Of a stretch of 64,000 bases of DNA, positions 44,954 to 55,370 are shown piece by piece. Positions within the stretch are counted from its first letter, which is position 1. Every line of letters begins with the position of its first letter. Below the pieces are notes generated by a model. That model worked only from the letters and a program-made list of their open reading frames with translations, was not told the DNA's origin and ran no database searches. The DNA is from Steroidobacteraceae bacterium (GTDB lineage: Bacteria > Pseudomonadota > Gammaproteobacteria > Steroidobacterales > Steroidobacteraceae), in the NCBI GenBank assembly GCA_036494165.1, contig DASXOQ010000084.1, positions 40,859-104,858 on the forward strand, given 5' to 3'. The position numbers and the translations under genes were made by a program.

Positions 44954-46738
44954 ATGCCCCATCCTGAGGACCGCCCCCGCGCCAAATCGCTAGACCCGCT
45001 GCGCGCATTGATGCCGTTTTTAAGGCCCTACCGCCTCATGATGGTGCTCGCTCTGGCGGCCCTTTTGATAGCTTCCGCCTCGCTGCTGGTGCTGCCCGTC
45101 GCGCTCCGCGGCCTGATCGATCATGGGCTTGCGACGCGCAGCGCAGCCACTATCAACCTGTATTTCATCGGCTTCCTGGCGGCTGCCGTGGCCTACGGCC
45201 TGTTCGCCGCACTGCGCTTCTACATGGTCACGTGGGTCGGCGAACGCGTGGTTGCGGATCTTCGCACCGCCATCTACCGGCGGGTCGTGCGCATGGATCC
45301 GATGTTCTTCGAAACCACGCGGGTCGGTGAGGTATTGTCGCGCTTGACCACCGATACCACCCTCGTCCAGGCGATTTCGGGGGTCAACCTGTCCATCATC
45401 CTCAGGTCAATCTTGAGCTTGGTGGGTGCGCTGGTGTTGATGGGTCTCACCAGTGCAAAGCTCATGGGCGTCATATTGGTGCTGATGCCGGTTGTCGTCG
45501 CGCCGCTCATCATCACCGGCCGTCGCGTGCGCGGGCTGTCGCGCGCATCGCAGGATAGGATCGCCGATACCAGCGGCATGGCCGATGAGACCCTGAACGC
45601 CATCCAGACCGTGCAGGCGTTCACTCTGGAGGAATTGCAGAGCCAGCGTTTCCAGGGCGCCGTGGAAGACAGCTTCAAGACCGCGGTACGGCGCACCCGC
45701 GTGCGCGCCGCGCTGACGGCGCTCGGCATTACCCTGGTGTTTGCCGGGATCACCTTCGTGCTCTGGCTGGGCGCGCGCCAGGTGCTGGCAGGCCAGCTCA
45801 CATACGGACAACTCAGCCAATTCCTGTTCTACGCGGTGTTCGTCGGATCCTCCGCGGCAGCACTCTCCGAAATGTGGGGCGAAATGCAGCGTGCAGCGGG
45901 CGCTATGGAACGGCTCTCGGAGCTCCTGGCGGCGAGGCCGGTCATCGGCCCTCCTGCGCACCCATTGGTTTTGCCTGCGCGCATCAGCGGGGCGATTCGC
46001 TTCGAGAACGTTACGTTCCGCTACCCCTCGCGACCCGACGCTTCGGCACTCGAGCATTTCAGCCTGGAAGTGGCGCCGGGCGAGACCATCGCTTTCGTGG
46101 GTCCCTCGGGCGCGGGGAAGAGCACCACGTTCCAGTTGATGCTGCGCTTTTACGACCCGGCAGTAGGGCGCGTCCTGATCGACGATGTGGCGCTCACCGA
46201 TCTGAAACCCGAAGACGTGCGTGCCCGCATCGGCCTGGTCCCGCAGGAGACGATGCTGTTCGGGGCGACCGCGCGCGAGAACATCCGTTACGGCAGGCCG
46301 ACGGCAAGCGATGAGGAAATCGAGGCGGCTGCCGTGGCGGCCGCCGCGGACGGCTTCCTGAAGAAACTACCTCAGGGCTATGACACATTCCTCGGTGAGC
46401 GCGGCACCCGCCTGTCGGGCGGACAGCGCCAGCGCATCGCGTTGGCCCGCGCCATCCTGAAGGATCCGCCTATCCTGCTGCTCGACGAGGCCACCAGTTC
46501 CCTGGATGCCGAATCGGAACGGCTGGTGCAGGAGGCGCTCGAGAAGCTGATGCGCGGCCGTACCACCATCATCATCGCGCACCGCCTGGCGACGGTGCTG
46601 AAAGCCGATCGGATCGTCGTCATGGATCACGGACACAAGATCGCGGTCGGGTCCCACGCCGAGCTTCTGCAGCACAGTCCGCTATACGCGCGACTCGCTG
46701 CTTTGCAATTTACTTCACCAGCCCTTCAGCTCGCATAG
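44954..46738 (+). CDS. ABC exporter, fused permease/ATPase (ABCB/MsbA-Atm1-like)
   Basis: Six TM helices, Walker A GPSGAGKST, signature LSGGQRQRIALARA and Walker B ILLLDEATSSLD. The last 29 nt overlap the convergent gstA. Confidence 0.9.
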   Translation: MPHPEDRPRAKSLDPLRALMPFLRPYRLMMVLALAALLIASASLLVLPVALRGLIDHGLATRSAATINLYFIGFLAAAVAYGLFAALRFYMVTWVGERVVADLRTAIYRRVVRMDPMFFETTRVGEVLSRLTTDTTLVQAISGVNLSIILRSILSLVGALVLMGLTSAKLMGVILVLMPVVVAPLIITGRRVRGLSRASQDRIADTSGMADETLNAIQTVQAFTLEELQSQRFQGAVEDSFKTAVRRTRVRAALTALGITLVFAGITFVLWLGARQVLAGQLTYGQLSQFLFYAVFVGSSAAALSEMWGEMQRAAGAMERLSELLAARPVIGPPAHPLVLPARISGAIRFENVTFRYPSRPDASALEHFSLEVAPGETIAFVGPSGAGKSTTFQLMLRFYDPAVGRVLIDDVALTDLKPEDVRARIGLVPQETMLFGATARENIRYGRPTASDEEIEAAAVAAAADGFLKKLPQGYDTFLGERGTRLSGGQRQRIALARAILKDPPILLLDEATSSLDAESERLVQEALEKLMRGRTTIIIAHRLATVLKADRIVVMDHGHKIAVGSHAELLQHSPLYARLAALQFTSPALQLA

Positions 46739-47318
46739 CTTCCTGCACCTTGGGCCGGTGCAGAATGCGTGTGTGATAGGCGGCCAACACCGGCCACTTG
46801 GAAAGATCGATCTTCAGTGGCTTGGTCCAGCCCAGGACCGTGAACAGATACGCATCCGCCACGCTGAACTGACTGCCGAGCAGGTACTCGCGGCTGCCGA
46901 GAAAGCCGGTGAGCCAATCGAATTTCTTGCCGAGCGCGGTGAGAGTCGCCTCTTTCCACTCCGCTGTGATTGCGGGATTGAAGAGCGGACTGAAGCCTTT
47001 GTGCACTTCGGAGGTGATGTAGTTGAGGATCTCCATCAGCCGGTAACGTTCGAAACTCCCCGCTTTCGGGGCAAGCCCCGCGTCGGGCTTGAGGTCCGCA
47101 AGATACTGCACGATCGCCGGGCCTTCGGTGAGCACCTGTCCGTTGTCGAGTTCCAGCGCGGGAACCGCCCCCTTGGAATTGACTTTGAGGTAGTCGGCGC
47201 CGCCTTCAGTACGCTTCGCCTTCGCGTCCACCTGAACCAGCGTGAAGGGCAAGCCCAGTTCGAGCAGAACAATGTGCGGAGACAGCGAGCAGGCGCCTTT
47301 GAAATAGTAGAGCTTCAT
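46710..47318 (-). CDS. gstA: Glutathione S-transferase (beta class)
   Basis: MKLYYFKGACSLSPHIVLLELGLPFTLVQVD...KGAVPALELDNGQVLTEGPAIVQYLAD is collinear with E. coli GstA over its full length. Confidence 0.9.
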   Translation of the reverse strand: MKLYYFKGACSLSPHIVLLELGLPFTLVQVDAKAKRTEGGADYLKVNSKGAVPALELDNGQVLTEGPAIVQYLADLKPDAGLAPKAGSFERYRLMEILNYITSEVHKGFSPLFNPAITAEWKEATLTALGKKFDWLTGFLGSREYLLGSQFSVADAYLFTVLGWTKPLKIDLSKWPVLAAYHTRILHRPKVQEAMRAEGLVK

Positions 47319-47358
47319 GTCAATTCCTCATCGTTGGGTGCACGAATGATAGCCTACC

Positions 47359-47934
47359 TCAGCGCTTTTCGATGACGCGCCGCGCGCCAATGAATCCTTC
47401 CGCGTAGGGCGGTGCATTGAGCGAGTCGATCCGCACGTGGCCGCCGCTCGAGGGAGCGTGAATGAAGCGCGTGCCGTCGAGCGCGATTCCAACGTGCAGT
47501 TCCTTGCGTTTCAGATGCATGAAGACCAGATCGCCGGCGCGCACCTGGGTGCGTGCCACAGGAGCGCCGAAGTCCTCCTGCTCGCGCGCAGTGCGTGGCA
47601 GGCGCAAGCCCGCGCCGGCGGCTGCGTAGTAGACCAGGCCGCTGCAATCAAAGCCGCCGGGCGCAGCGCCGCCCCACCGGTAAGGCTGGCCGATCATGGC
47701 CGTAGCGCTGTCGACCATCTGGATGCGAGCGTCCGCCGCCGAGGCAGTTGCGGCGGGGGCAGACGGAACGATGATGGAACTGCCGGTCGGCGGCGTCCGC
47801 GGTGCGCCGGCGCAGGCGCCGAGCAGCAGCGAGGCGAGGACGACGCAGGCTCTTAAGGAGTTTTTCGAGCAACCAATGTCGTGGCCCAAGCCGCACCGAC
47901 GATACCGGCCTCCGAGCGCATGGCTCCGATGCAT
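47359..47934 (-). CDS. NlpC/P60 (C40) peptidoglycan endopeptidase lipoprotein
   Basis: Lipobox LLLGAC and catalytic block YRWGGAAPGGFDCSGLVYY...HVGIAL...FIHAP. The start is uncertain: the ATG at 47934 would overlap the end of ppgK by 82 nt. Confidence 0.75.
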   Translation of the reverse strand: MHRSHALGGRYRRCGLGHDIGCSKNSLRACVVLASLLLGACAGAPRTPPTGSSIIVPSAPAATASAADARIQMVDSATAMIGQPYRWGGAAPGGFDCSGLVYYAAAGAGLRLPRTAREQEDFGAPVARTQVRAGDLVFMHLKRKELHVGIALDGTRFIHAPSSGGHVRIDSLNAPPYAEGFIGARRVIEKR

Positions 47935-48644
47935 AGGCGCGCCTCGCATTTGAGTTTGTCCATGAACTTCTCGGGCTCTTCGGTAATCCCACCGCATAGA
48001 ACTATCTGATCAGGCCACAACAGCGCATGTAATTCCTTCAACACTCTGTTGAGTTCTTCGGCCCACGCATCCCAGCCCAAGTTCCCGTCGATCTTTGCTT
48101 TTCCCGATGCGCGCTTTTCGGCCTCGCGGCCGGCGACCTCCAAGTGGCCGAGTTCTGTATTCGGCACGAGCTTGCCGTCGACGAACAGGGCACTGCCGAT
48201 GCCGGTGCCCAACGTGAGCAGCAATACCGTGCCGGGGACATTGCGTGCGGCCCCGTATTGCAATTCCGCCAGGCCTGCCGCATCGGCATCGTTGATGAGA
48301 ACCACATGCCGCTTCAACCGCTCGCTCGCCATCTGCGCCAATGGCTGGCCGATCCAGGCTTTGTTGATGTTTGCCGCGGTGCGCACGCGGCCATCGCGGA
48401 TCACGCTCGGAAAGGCGAGTCCGACGGCATGCTCGCCGGGAATATTTGCCACCACGCCGGTCAATGCGTCCAGCAGGGCGTCGGTTGATTCGTGTGCCGG
48501 AGTGGGGGTGCTGAACCGCTCGCCGGCGAAGGTCCCGGTTTTCAGATCGATGAGAGCGCACTTGATGGAGGATCCGCCTACATCGACGCCTACAGCCAAT
48601 GATGCAGCGTTCAAGTGAAAATCCGCATTGTGAGCTTCGCCCAT
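47853..48644 (-). CDS. ppgK: Polyphosphate glucokinase (ROK family)
   Basis: VGVDVGGSSIKCALID, VVLINDADAAGLAE, LTLGTGIGSALF and ELGHLEV. The ~260-aa ROK protein without a repressor HTH fits PpgK. Confidence 0.8.
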   Translation of the reverse strand: MGEAHNADFHLNAASLAVGVDVGGSSIKCALIDLKTGTFAGERFSTPTPAHESTDALLDALTGVVANIPGEHAVGLAFPSVIRDGRVRTAANINKAWIGQPLAQMASERLKRHVVLINDADAAGLAELQYGAARNVPGTVLLLTLGTGIGSALFVDGKLVPNTELGHLEVAGREAEKRASGKAKIDGNLGWDAWAEELNRVLKELHALLWPDQIVLCGGITEEPEKFMDKLKCEARLCIGAMRSEAGIVGAAWATTLVARKTP

Positions 48645-48681
48645 CCCGGTTCAGGTAAGAACCCTATAATAACCCACCAAT

Positions 48682-51141
48682 ATGGATTCCACAGAGAGCC
48701 AATTCGCCAATCGGCGCACCGCCGCGCTTCAGCCGGGGACCCTGCTGGCGGCGCTCCTTGAGCGTTTGACCCGCAGCCTCGGCAAGAATCCCGACACTGC
48801 CACTCGGCGTGACATCTACGACGCGCTTTCTCTTGCCGTGCGCGAGGAGTTGATGCTCAGGTGGCTGGCGACGCAACGGCGCGTCGCGAATGCGCATGTA
48901 AAGCGCGTTTGCTATTTTTCGGTCGAATACCTGCCGGGGCGCTCGTTGCTGAATGCACTCTCCAGCCTGGAAGGGGACCTCGTACACGAAGCACGCACCG
49001 CGCTCAAGAGCATGGGCCACGATCTGGATGATATAGCGGCGGAGGAGGTTGATCCCGGACTTGGCAACGGCGGCCTCGGTCGCCTCGCGGCCTGCTTTCT
49101 GGATTCCCTGGCCACCCTCCAGTACCCGGCCGTGGGCTATGGCATCCGCTACGATTACGGCATCTTCACCCAGGTCGTCGCCGAGGACGGCGGTCAGCGC
49201 GAGGTGGCGAGCAGCTGGCTGCGCCTGCGAAACGTCTGGGAGACCCCGCGCGGCAGTGCGCGCTACACGGTGAAATTCGGCGGGCGCAGCGAGGCGGATG
49301 CGGGCGCCGATGCGAGCGGGCCGCACCGCTGGGTCGGCACCAACGATATCCATGCGATCGGGTTCGATCAGCTGACCCCGGGGAATGCCGGTCCCACAGT
49401 GAATCATCTGCGCCTATGGTCGGGGCGCGGCATCACGCCGTTTCGCATCGAGTCCTTCAATCACGGCGATTACGGGGCGGCGGTCGCCGAGCAAGTCGAG
49501 GCGAAAAACCTGTCGCGGGTGCTATATCCCGACGATTCCACGCCGCAGGGCAAGGAGCTGCGGCTCAAGCAGCAATATTTCTTCGTGAGCGCGAGCCTGC
49601 AGGACATCCTCGTGACTCACAAGCGCGAGGGCCGTTCGCTCGGCAGCCTGCCGGAATCTATTGCCATCCAGCTGAACGACACGCATCCGGCGATCGCCAT
49701 CCCGGAACTGATGCGCCTTTTGGTGGATGAAGAACGCCTGCCCTGGAAGGAGGCCTGGCGCATCACCAATGGAGTGTTCTCCTACACCAATCACACCCTG
49801 CTGCCCGAGGCGCTCGAAACGTGGTCGGTGGCGATGTTCGAGCGTCTGCTGCCGCGCCATCTGGAGATCATCTATCTGATCAACCGCGATTTCCTGCTGG
49901 CGCTCGACCACCAGTTTCCGGGCGACATCGACCGGCGCCGCAATCTCTCGATCATCGACGACGGCGGCGACCGGCGCGTGCGCATGGCGCATTTGGCCAT
50001 TATCGGCAGCCACCGCGTCAACGGGGTGGCGCAGCTGCATTCCGATCTGATGCGCAAGGTGGTATTTCGCGAATTCAACGAGGTATTCCGCGACCGATTC
50101 GTGAATGTGACCAACGGCATCGCGGTGCGCCGCTGGCTCAAACAGTCTAATCCCGGCTTGTCGGCGCTGCTGACCCAGCATCTGGGTCGAGCCTGGGAGA
50201 ACGATCTCGAAGAACTCGGCCGCTTGATCGGCGCCGCCGACGATGCGGAATTCCGCCGGCAGTTCCGCGGCATCAAACGCACCAACAAGCAGCGTCTCGC
50301 GGCCGAAGTTTTCAAGCGCACCGGCATGCAGTTGGAAATCGACATGCTGTTCGACGTGCAGGTGAAACGCATCCATGAGTACAAGCGCCAGCTACTCAAC
50401 CTGCTGTATGTCGTCAGCCGCTACTTGCGCATCCGCGAGCATCCCGAGGCCCCCGTAGTACCGCGAACCGTGTTCTTCGCCGGCAAGGCGGCTCCGGGTT
50501 ACGCGATGGCCAAGGCCATCATCAAACTGATCAACAACGTCGCGCGCACTATAGATCAGGATCCACATGCACGCGGCAAGCTCAAGCTGGTCTTTCTCGC
50601 AGACTACGAAGTCTCCCTGGCGCAGAGGATCATTCCGGCCGCGGACCTGTCGCAGCAGATCTCGACCGCGGGCATGGAGGCCTCGGGTACCGGTAACATG
50701 AAGCTCGCGCTGAACGGTGCGCTCACCATAGGCACGTTGGACGGCGCCAACATCGAAATTCGCGACCATGTCGGAGCGGAGAACATTTTCATCTTCGGGC
50801 TCACTGCGGAGCAGGTCGCGCAGCGGCGTGCCGCCGGCTATAGACCCCATGCCGAACTCGAGCAGCTGCCGCAGCTCAGGCGCACCCTGGACTTCATCCG
50901 CGAGACCTACGATGCACATCTGATCGTCGATCGGGTGCTGAGCGATGGTGAACCGTTTCTGGTGTTGGCGGACTACGCGGCATATGCGCGCGCGCAGGAC
51001 GAGGTCGACGCCCTGTATGTGAACGAAGAGATCTGGAGCCGCCGCGCGGTCCTCAACTGCCTCAGCATGGGCTATTTCTCCAGCGACCGAAGCATCCGCG
51101 AATACGCCGACCGGATCTGGTCGGTCCGTCCGGTGATCTAG
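48682..51141 (+). CDS. glgP: Glycogen/alpha-glucan phosphorylase
   Basis: GNGGLGRLAACFLDS and the PLP-lysine block EASGTGNMKLALNGALTIGTLDGANIE; 819 aa. Confidence 0.95.
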   Translation: MDSTESQFANRRTAALQPGTLLAALLERLTRSLGKNPDTATRRDIYDALSLAVREELMLRWLATQRRVANAHVKRVCYFSVEYLPGRSLLNALSSLEGDLVHEARTALKSMGHDLDDIAAEEVDPGLGNGGLGRLAACFLDSLATLQYPAVGYGIRYDYGIFTQVVAEDGGQREVASSWLRLRNVWETPRGSARYTVKFGGRSEADAGADASGPHRWVGTNDIHAIGFDQLTPGNAGPTVNHLRLWSGRGITPFRIESFNHGDYGAAVAEQVEAKNLSRVLYPDDSTPQGKELRLKQQYFFVSASLQDILVTHKREGRSLGSLPESIAIQLNDTHPAIAIPELMRLLVDEERLPWKEAWRITNGVFSYTNHTLLPEALETWSVAMFERLLPRHLEIIYLINRDFLLALDHQFPGDIDRRRNLSIIDDGGDRRVRMAHLAIIGSHRVNGVAQLHSDLMRKVVFREFNEVFRDRFVNVTNGIAVRRWLKQSNPGLSALLTQHLGRAWENDLEELGRLIGAADDAEFRRQFRGIKRTNKQRLAAEVFKRTGMQLEIDMLFDVQVKRIHEYKRQLLNLLYVVSRYLRIREHPEAPVVPRTVFFAGKAAPGYAMAKAIIKLINNVARTIDQDPHARGKLKLVFLADYEVSLAQRIIPAADLSQQISTAGMEASGTGNMKLALNGALTIGTLDGANIEIRDHVGAENIFIFGLTAEQVAQRRAAGYRPHAELEQLPQLRRTLDFIRETYDAHLIVDRVLSDGEPFLVLADYAAYARAQDEVDALYVNEEIWSRRAVLNCLSMGYFSSDRSIREYADRIWSVRPVI

Positions 51142-51150
51142 GACGGTGCG

Positions 51151-53136
51151 GTGAGGTTAATTCAGGCCGGTTTGCCGCGCCCGCTGGGAGCCACTTGGAC
51201 CCAGCGCGGCGTCAACTTCGCGCTCTTCTCCAGCAACGCCACGCGGGTGGAGGTGTGCCTGTTCGATGCGGAGAGCGATGCCGAGATCTCGCGCTACGAT
51301 CTGCCGGCACGCACCGGAAATGTCTGGCATGGCCTGGTCTCGCCGCGCCGCGCGGGGCCCGGCACGCACTACGCGTTTCGCGTGCACGGCCCGGATGAAC
51401 CGGAAAACGGACACCGCTTCGATCCCTCGGTTACTCTGGTCGATCCATATTCCCGCGAGCTTTCCGGAGGGCCGAAGCTGCGCTCGCGGGTGATCGACCG
51501 GCACTTCGACTGGGAAGGCGACCGGCCTCCCGGGATCACGTGGCGCGACACGGTGATGTACGAACTGCACGTCAAGGGCTTCACCAAGCTGCATCCGGCG
51601 GTGCCGATGGCATGGCGCGGGAAATATCTCGGGATGAGCGTCCCGGCAGTCATAGAGCATTTGAAGTCCATCGGCGTCACGGCGGTGGAACTGTTGCCAT
51701 GCCAGGCGTTCGTCAGCGAAGAGTTTCTGCTGGAACGGCGCCTGACAAATTATTGGGGCTACAACTCGATTGCCTGGTTCGCTCCCGCCAACCAATATGC
51801 CGTGGAGGATGCGGTTGTCGAATTCAAGACCATGGTCAAGGCGCTGCACGCCGCGGGTATCGAGGTCATCCTCGATGTGGTCTTCAACCATACCGCCGAG
51901 GGCAACGAGCATGGGCCGATGCTGTCGCTGCGTGGCATCGACAACTCCGTCTACTATCGTTTGACGCCGACGGATCTGCGCTTCTACGAGAATCTGACCG
52001 GCTGCGGAAATACCGTCAACTGCGACCACCCGCAGGTGCGGTCCCTGATCGTCGAGTGTCTGAGGTACTGGGTCGAGGAAATGCATGTCGATGGATTTCG
52101 CTTCGATCTCGCGACCGTATTGGGTCGAGACGCCAACGGGTTCAACGAGCACGCGTCTCTGTTCAAGGCCCTGCGTGCGGAGTCCTCGCTCGCCTACGTC
52201 AAGCTGATCGCCGAACCCTGGGATGTGGGCTGGGGAGGGTATCAACTGGGTCGTTTCCCGCCCGGCTGGTCGGAATGGAATGACCGTTATCGCGACACGA
52301 TTCGCAGCTTCTGGCGCGGCGATTCCGGGCGGGTCGGAGAACTCGCCGAGCGCTTTGCAGGGTCGAGCGACTTTTTCAGGCACGACGGCCGCAAGCCGAC
52401 CGCGGGCATCAATTTCATCACCGCGCACGATGGGTTCACCTTGTGCGACCTCGTCAGCTACAGCGACAAGCACAACGAAGCCAACCTGGAAGAAAACCAG
52501 GACGGCCACAGCAACAATTTGAGCTGGAACTGCGGGGCCGAGGGGCCCAGCGAGGATCCGAACATTGTTTCCCTGCGCAAGCGCCAGATGCGCAATTTCC
52601 TCGCGACCCTGTTCTTTTCTCAGGGCGTGCCCATGTTGCAGGCGGGCGACGAGCTCGCTCGCACCCAGCGGGGCAATAACAACGCCTACTGTCAGGACAA
52701 TGAAATATCCTGGATGGACTGGGGTCTGCGCAGCGCCAACCACGAATTGCTGGAATTCGTGCAGCTGCTCGCTCAGCTCAGGCGCCACCACGTCGAATTT
52801 CGGCGCGAGACATTTTTGAAGGGCGCCGCGACCCGCCCCGGTATCAAGGATGTCACGTGGCTCAATGTTCATGGCGGCGAGATGGCTCAGGAACAATGGC
52901 ATGATTCCTCTCTGCGCGCCTTGGGTATATGGTACGGACAACAGTCAGGCTCCGTGGAACACCTGCTGTTGTTGGTCAATGCCGGCGAACAGGCGCAGTC
53001 CTTCAAACTGCCGGCTGCGGATGGACCATGGATCTGTCTGTTCGACACTTCGATCACCGGGCTGACGGCAAAGAGCCTGGGATCGGCACAGGAGTACACA
53101 CTGACCGCGCGCAGCGTTGCGCTCTTGGAGTGCTGA
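51151..53136 (+). CDS. glgX: Glycogen debranching enzyme
   Basis: GTG start. GH13 motifs VILDVVFNHTAEG, VDGFRFDLATVL, AEPWDVG and FITAHDGFTL. Confidence 0.93.
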   Translation: MRLIQAGLPRPLGATWTQRGVNFALFSSNATRVEVCLFDAESDAEISRYDLPARTGNVWHGLVSPRRAGPGTHYAFRVHGPDEPENGHRFDPSVTLVDPYSRELSGGPKLRSRVIDRHFDWEGDRPPGITWRDTVMYELHVKGFTKLHPAVPMAWRGKYLGMSVPAVIEHLKSIGVTAVELLPCQAFVSEEFLLERRLTNYWGYNSIAWFAPANQYAVEDAVVEFKTMVKALHAAGIEVILDVVFNHTAEGNEHGPMLSLRGIDNSVYYRLTPTDLRFYENLTGCGNTVNCDHPQVRSLIVECLRYWVEEMHVDGFRFDLATVLGRDANGFNEHASLFKALRAESSLAYVKLIAEPWDVGWGGYQLGRFPPGWSEWNDRYRDTIRSFWRGDSGRVGELAERFAGSSDFFRHDGRKPTAGINFITAHDGFTLCDLVSYSDKHNEANLEENQDGHSNNLSWNCGAEGPSEDPNIVSLRKRQMRNFLATLFFSQGVPMLQAGDELARTQRGNNNAYCQDNEISWMDWGLRSANHELLEFVQLLAQLRRHHVEFRRETFLKGAATRPGIKDVTWLNVHGGEMAQEQWHDSSLRALGIWYGQQSGSVEHLLLLVNAGEQAQSFKLPAADGPWICLFDTSITGLTAKSLGSAQEYTLTARSVALLEC

Positions 53137-55319
53137 TCTTGGACCATGGGATCATCGAGCGACTGGCCAGAGCGCGCGGCATCGGCGAGGCCTATCACGA
53201 CTATCGCGGCGAACTGAAATATTTCAGTTTGGAGACAAAGATCGGGATTCTGCGGGCCATGGGCTGCCCGGTCGACGATCATGCGGCGATGGTGGCGGCC
53301 GTGAGTCAGATCGAAATCGGCAGATGGCGAAATTTCCTTCCCGCACTGGTGGCCGTGCGCGGCACACGCGCCGTCATCGAGATCAATTTTACCGCTCGCC
53401 AATTCGGAGCGACGCTCCTCTGGTCGCTCCATCTGGAGGATGGCAGCAAGCGCCAGGGGACGGTTTCCAGCGCCGATTGCCGCGAGACCTGGCGCGGTGA
53501 AATGGAAGGCACGTGGATTACCCGTCGTTTGTTCGAACTGCCGGTCGACCTGCCGCCTGGATATCACGAACTCGATGTCAGGCTGGGGAACGCTCCGGCA
53601 GAGCGTTGCCTACTCATCTGCGCGCCACCGCGCTGCTTCGAGCCGGAGCCCCTGGCGGGCGGTCGCGGGCTGTGGGGGCTCGCCGTACAGCTCTACACGG
53701 TGCGGTCGCGTGAAAATTGGGGGATCGGGGACTTCCACGATCTGACGCTGCTGATACGCTGGGCGGCCGCGCATGGCGCGGGCTTCATCGGCTTGAACCC
53801 GCTGCACGCGCTGGCACCGGCCGATCCAGAACGTGCCAGCCCCTACAGCGCCTCGAGCCGCCATTTTCTGAACGTGCTCTACATCGCGGTGCCCCAGGTG
53901 GCCGACTATGTGCACAGCGCACTCGCCCAGGAACGCTGCAACGATCCGCGCTTTCAGTCGCGTTTGGCGGATTTGCGGGCGCGAAGCCACGTTGATTACC
54001 AAGGCGTGGCGCAGCTCAAGTTCGAGGTCTTGGAGATTCTTTACCGCGAGTTTCGCGAGCGCCATCTCGAGTCTGCCAGCGAACGCGGCAGGCGCTACCG
54101 GGCGTTCGTCACCGCCTGCGGCGCTCCTCTGCAGATGCACGCGCGCTTCGACGCTTTGGATCGGCACTTTCGACTGGCGCAGGAATGTCAATCGGGCTGG
54201 ATGAACTGGCCGGAGGAATTTCGAGACGTGAATGGCCGGGCGGCGACCCGCTTTGCCGCCGAACACCCGGTCCAGGTCGAGTTCTTCGTGTACCTGCAGT
54301 GGCTCGCGCACGAGCAATTGCTGGCGGCCCAGCGTCTGGGTCGGGATCTAGGCATGGCCGTGGGCCTATACGGTGATTATGCCGTCGGCGCGAATCCCGG
54401 TGGCTCGGAAACTTGGGTCGACCGGCAGGCTTATTCCTTGGGCGCGGAAATCGGCGCGCCACCCGACCCGCTGGCGCTCAAGGGGCAGGGCTGGGGAATT
54501 CCGCCGCAAGATCCTTCATCCATGTTGGGGCTGAAATTGCAGGGCTTCATCCGCTTGTTGCGCAATAACATGCGCTACTACGGCGCGCTGCGTCTCGACC
54601 ATGTCATGTCGTTGTTCAGGCTCTGGTGGGTGCCTGCCGGGTCGTCGCCGCGCGACGGAGCCTACGTGCATTACCCGCTGCACGAGTTGCTGACCGTAGT
54701 AGCGCTCGAAAGCGCACGCAACCATTGCCTCATCGTCGGCGAAGACCTTGGCGTGGTGCCGGACGAAATGCGGCACGCCATGCCGGAGTTCGGTCTATAT
54801 CACTACAAGGTGCTGCTGTTCGAGAAACACGACGGACGCTTCCGCCGGCCGGTTGAGTACTTGCGTCACGCCCTGGCCACCGTCACGACTCATGACATGC
54901 CGACTTTGCGCAGTTTTTGGGAAGGGCGGGACATAGATCTGCGGCGCGGACTGGCTTTATATCCAAGCGCCGAACTGGAACAGGAAATCATCCAGGAGCG
55001 CGAGCGTGACCGCCGCGAGTTGCTCGCTGTGCTCGATGCGGAAGGCTTGCGGCCCCACTCGCCGGCGAGTCCTGATGATCCGTTTACCAGCGATCTTGCG
55101 CAAGCTCTGCACCTGTATCTTGCGCGGTCAACTGCCCGCATGGTCGCGGTGCAGGTCGAGGACCTGCTTGGCATGATTGATCCTGTCAACGTTCCGGGTA
55201 CCCACCACGAATATCCCAACTGGCAGCGCAAACTCAGCACCGACATCGAGGACATGGCCGCAGATGCGAACTTGACGCTTCATCTTGAGCGCATCCGCGC
55301 CGCCCGCGACCATCACTGA
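53130..55319 (+). CDS. malQ: 4-alpha-glucanotransferase (amylomaltase, long MalQ type)
   Basis: The N-terminus LDHGIIERLARARGIGEAYHDYRGELKYFSLETKIGILRAMG parallels the E. coli MalQ N-terminus. GH77 blocks GLYGDYAVG, IVGEDLGVVP and THDMPTL. Start taken as GTG 53130 (TTG 53139 is possible); the track start at 52929 lies inside glgX. Confidence 0.9.
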   Translation: MLILDHGIIERLARARGIGEAYHDYRGELKYFSLETKIGILRAMGCPVDDHAAMVAAVSQIEIGRWRNFLPALVAVRGTRAVIEINFTARQFGATLLWSLHLEDGSKRQGTVSSADCRETWRGEMEGTWITRRLFELPVDLPPGYHELDVRLGNAPAERCLLICAPPRCFEPEPLAGGRGLWGLAVQLYTVRSRENWGIGDFHDLTLLIRWAAAHGAGFIGLNPLHALAPADPERASPYSASSRHFLNVLYIAVPQVADYVHSALAQERCNDPRFQSRLADLRARSHVDYQGVAQLKFEVLEILYREFRERHLESASERGRRYRAFVTACGAPLQMHARFDALDRHFRLAQECQSGWMNWPEEFRDVNGRAATRFAAEHPVQVEFFVYLQWLAHEQLLAAQRLGRDLGMAVGLYGDYAVGANPGGSETWVDRQAYSLGAEIGAPPDPLALKGQGWGIPPQDPSSMLGLKLQGFIRLLRNNMRYYGALRLDHVMSLFRLWWVPAGSSPRDGAYVHYPLHELLTVVALESARNHCLIVGEDLGVVPDEMRHAMPEFGLYHYKVLLFEKHDGRFRRPVEYLRHALATVTTHDMPTLRSFWEGRDIDLRRGLALYPSAELEQEIIQERERDRRELLAVLDAEGLRPHSPASPDDPFTSDLAQALHLYLARSTARMVAVQVEDLLGMIDPVNVPGTHHEYPNWQRKLSTDIEDMAADANLTLHLERIRAARDHH

Positions 55320-55370
55320 TCAGGCGTTGCCCACGATCCGGGAAAGGACTTCAGGCGCATTTAAGCTGCG

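Noticed and set aside
48665-48670. Perfect TATAAT 11 nt upstream of the glgP ATG
   Set aside because: No acceptable -35 at 16-19 nt spacing, and it would imply a nearly leaderless mRNA. A single hexamer is too weak to call a promoter.
51157-52941. 594-aa minus-strand ORF
   Set aside because: Antisense shadow of glgX, which has all the GH13 motifs.
52929-53129. Upstream extension of malQ (track start 52929)
   Set aside because: It lies inside glgX. Homology to the MalQ N-terminus begins at LDHGIIERL, near the GTG at 53130.
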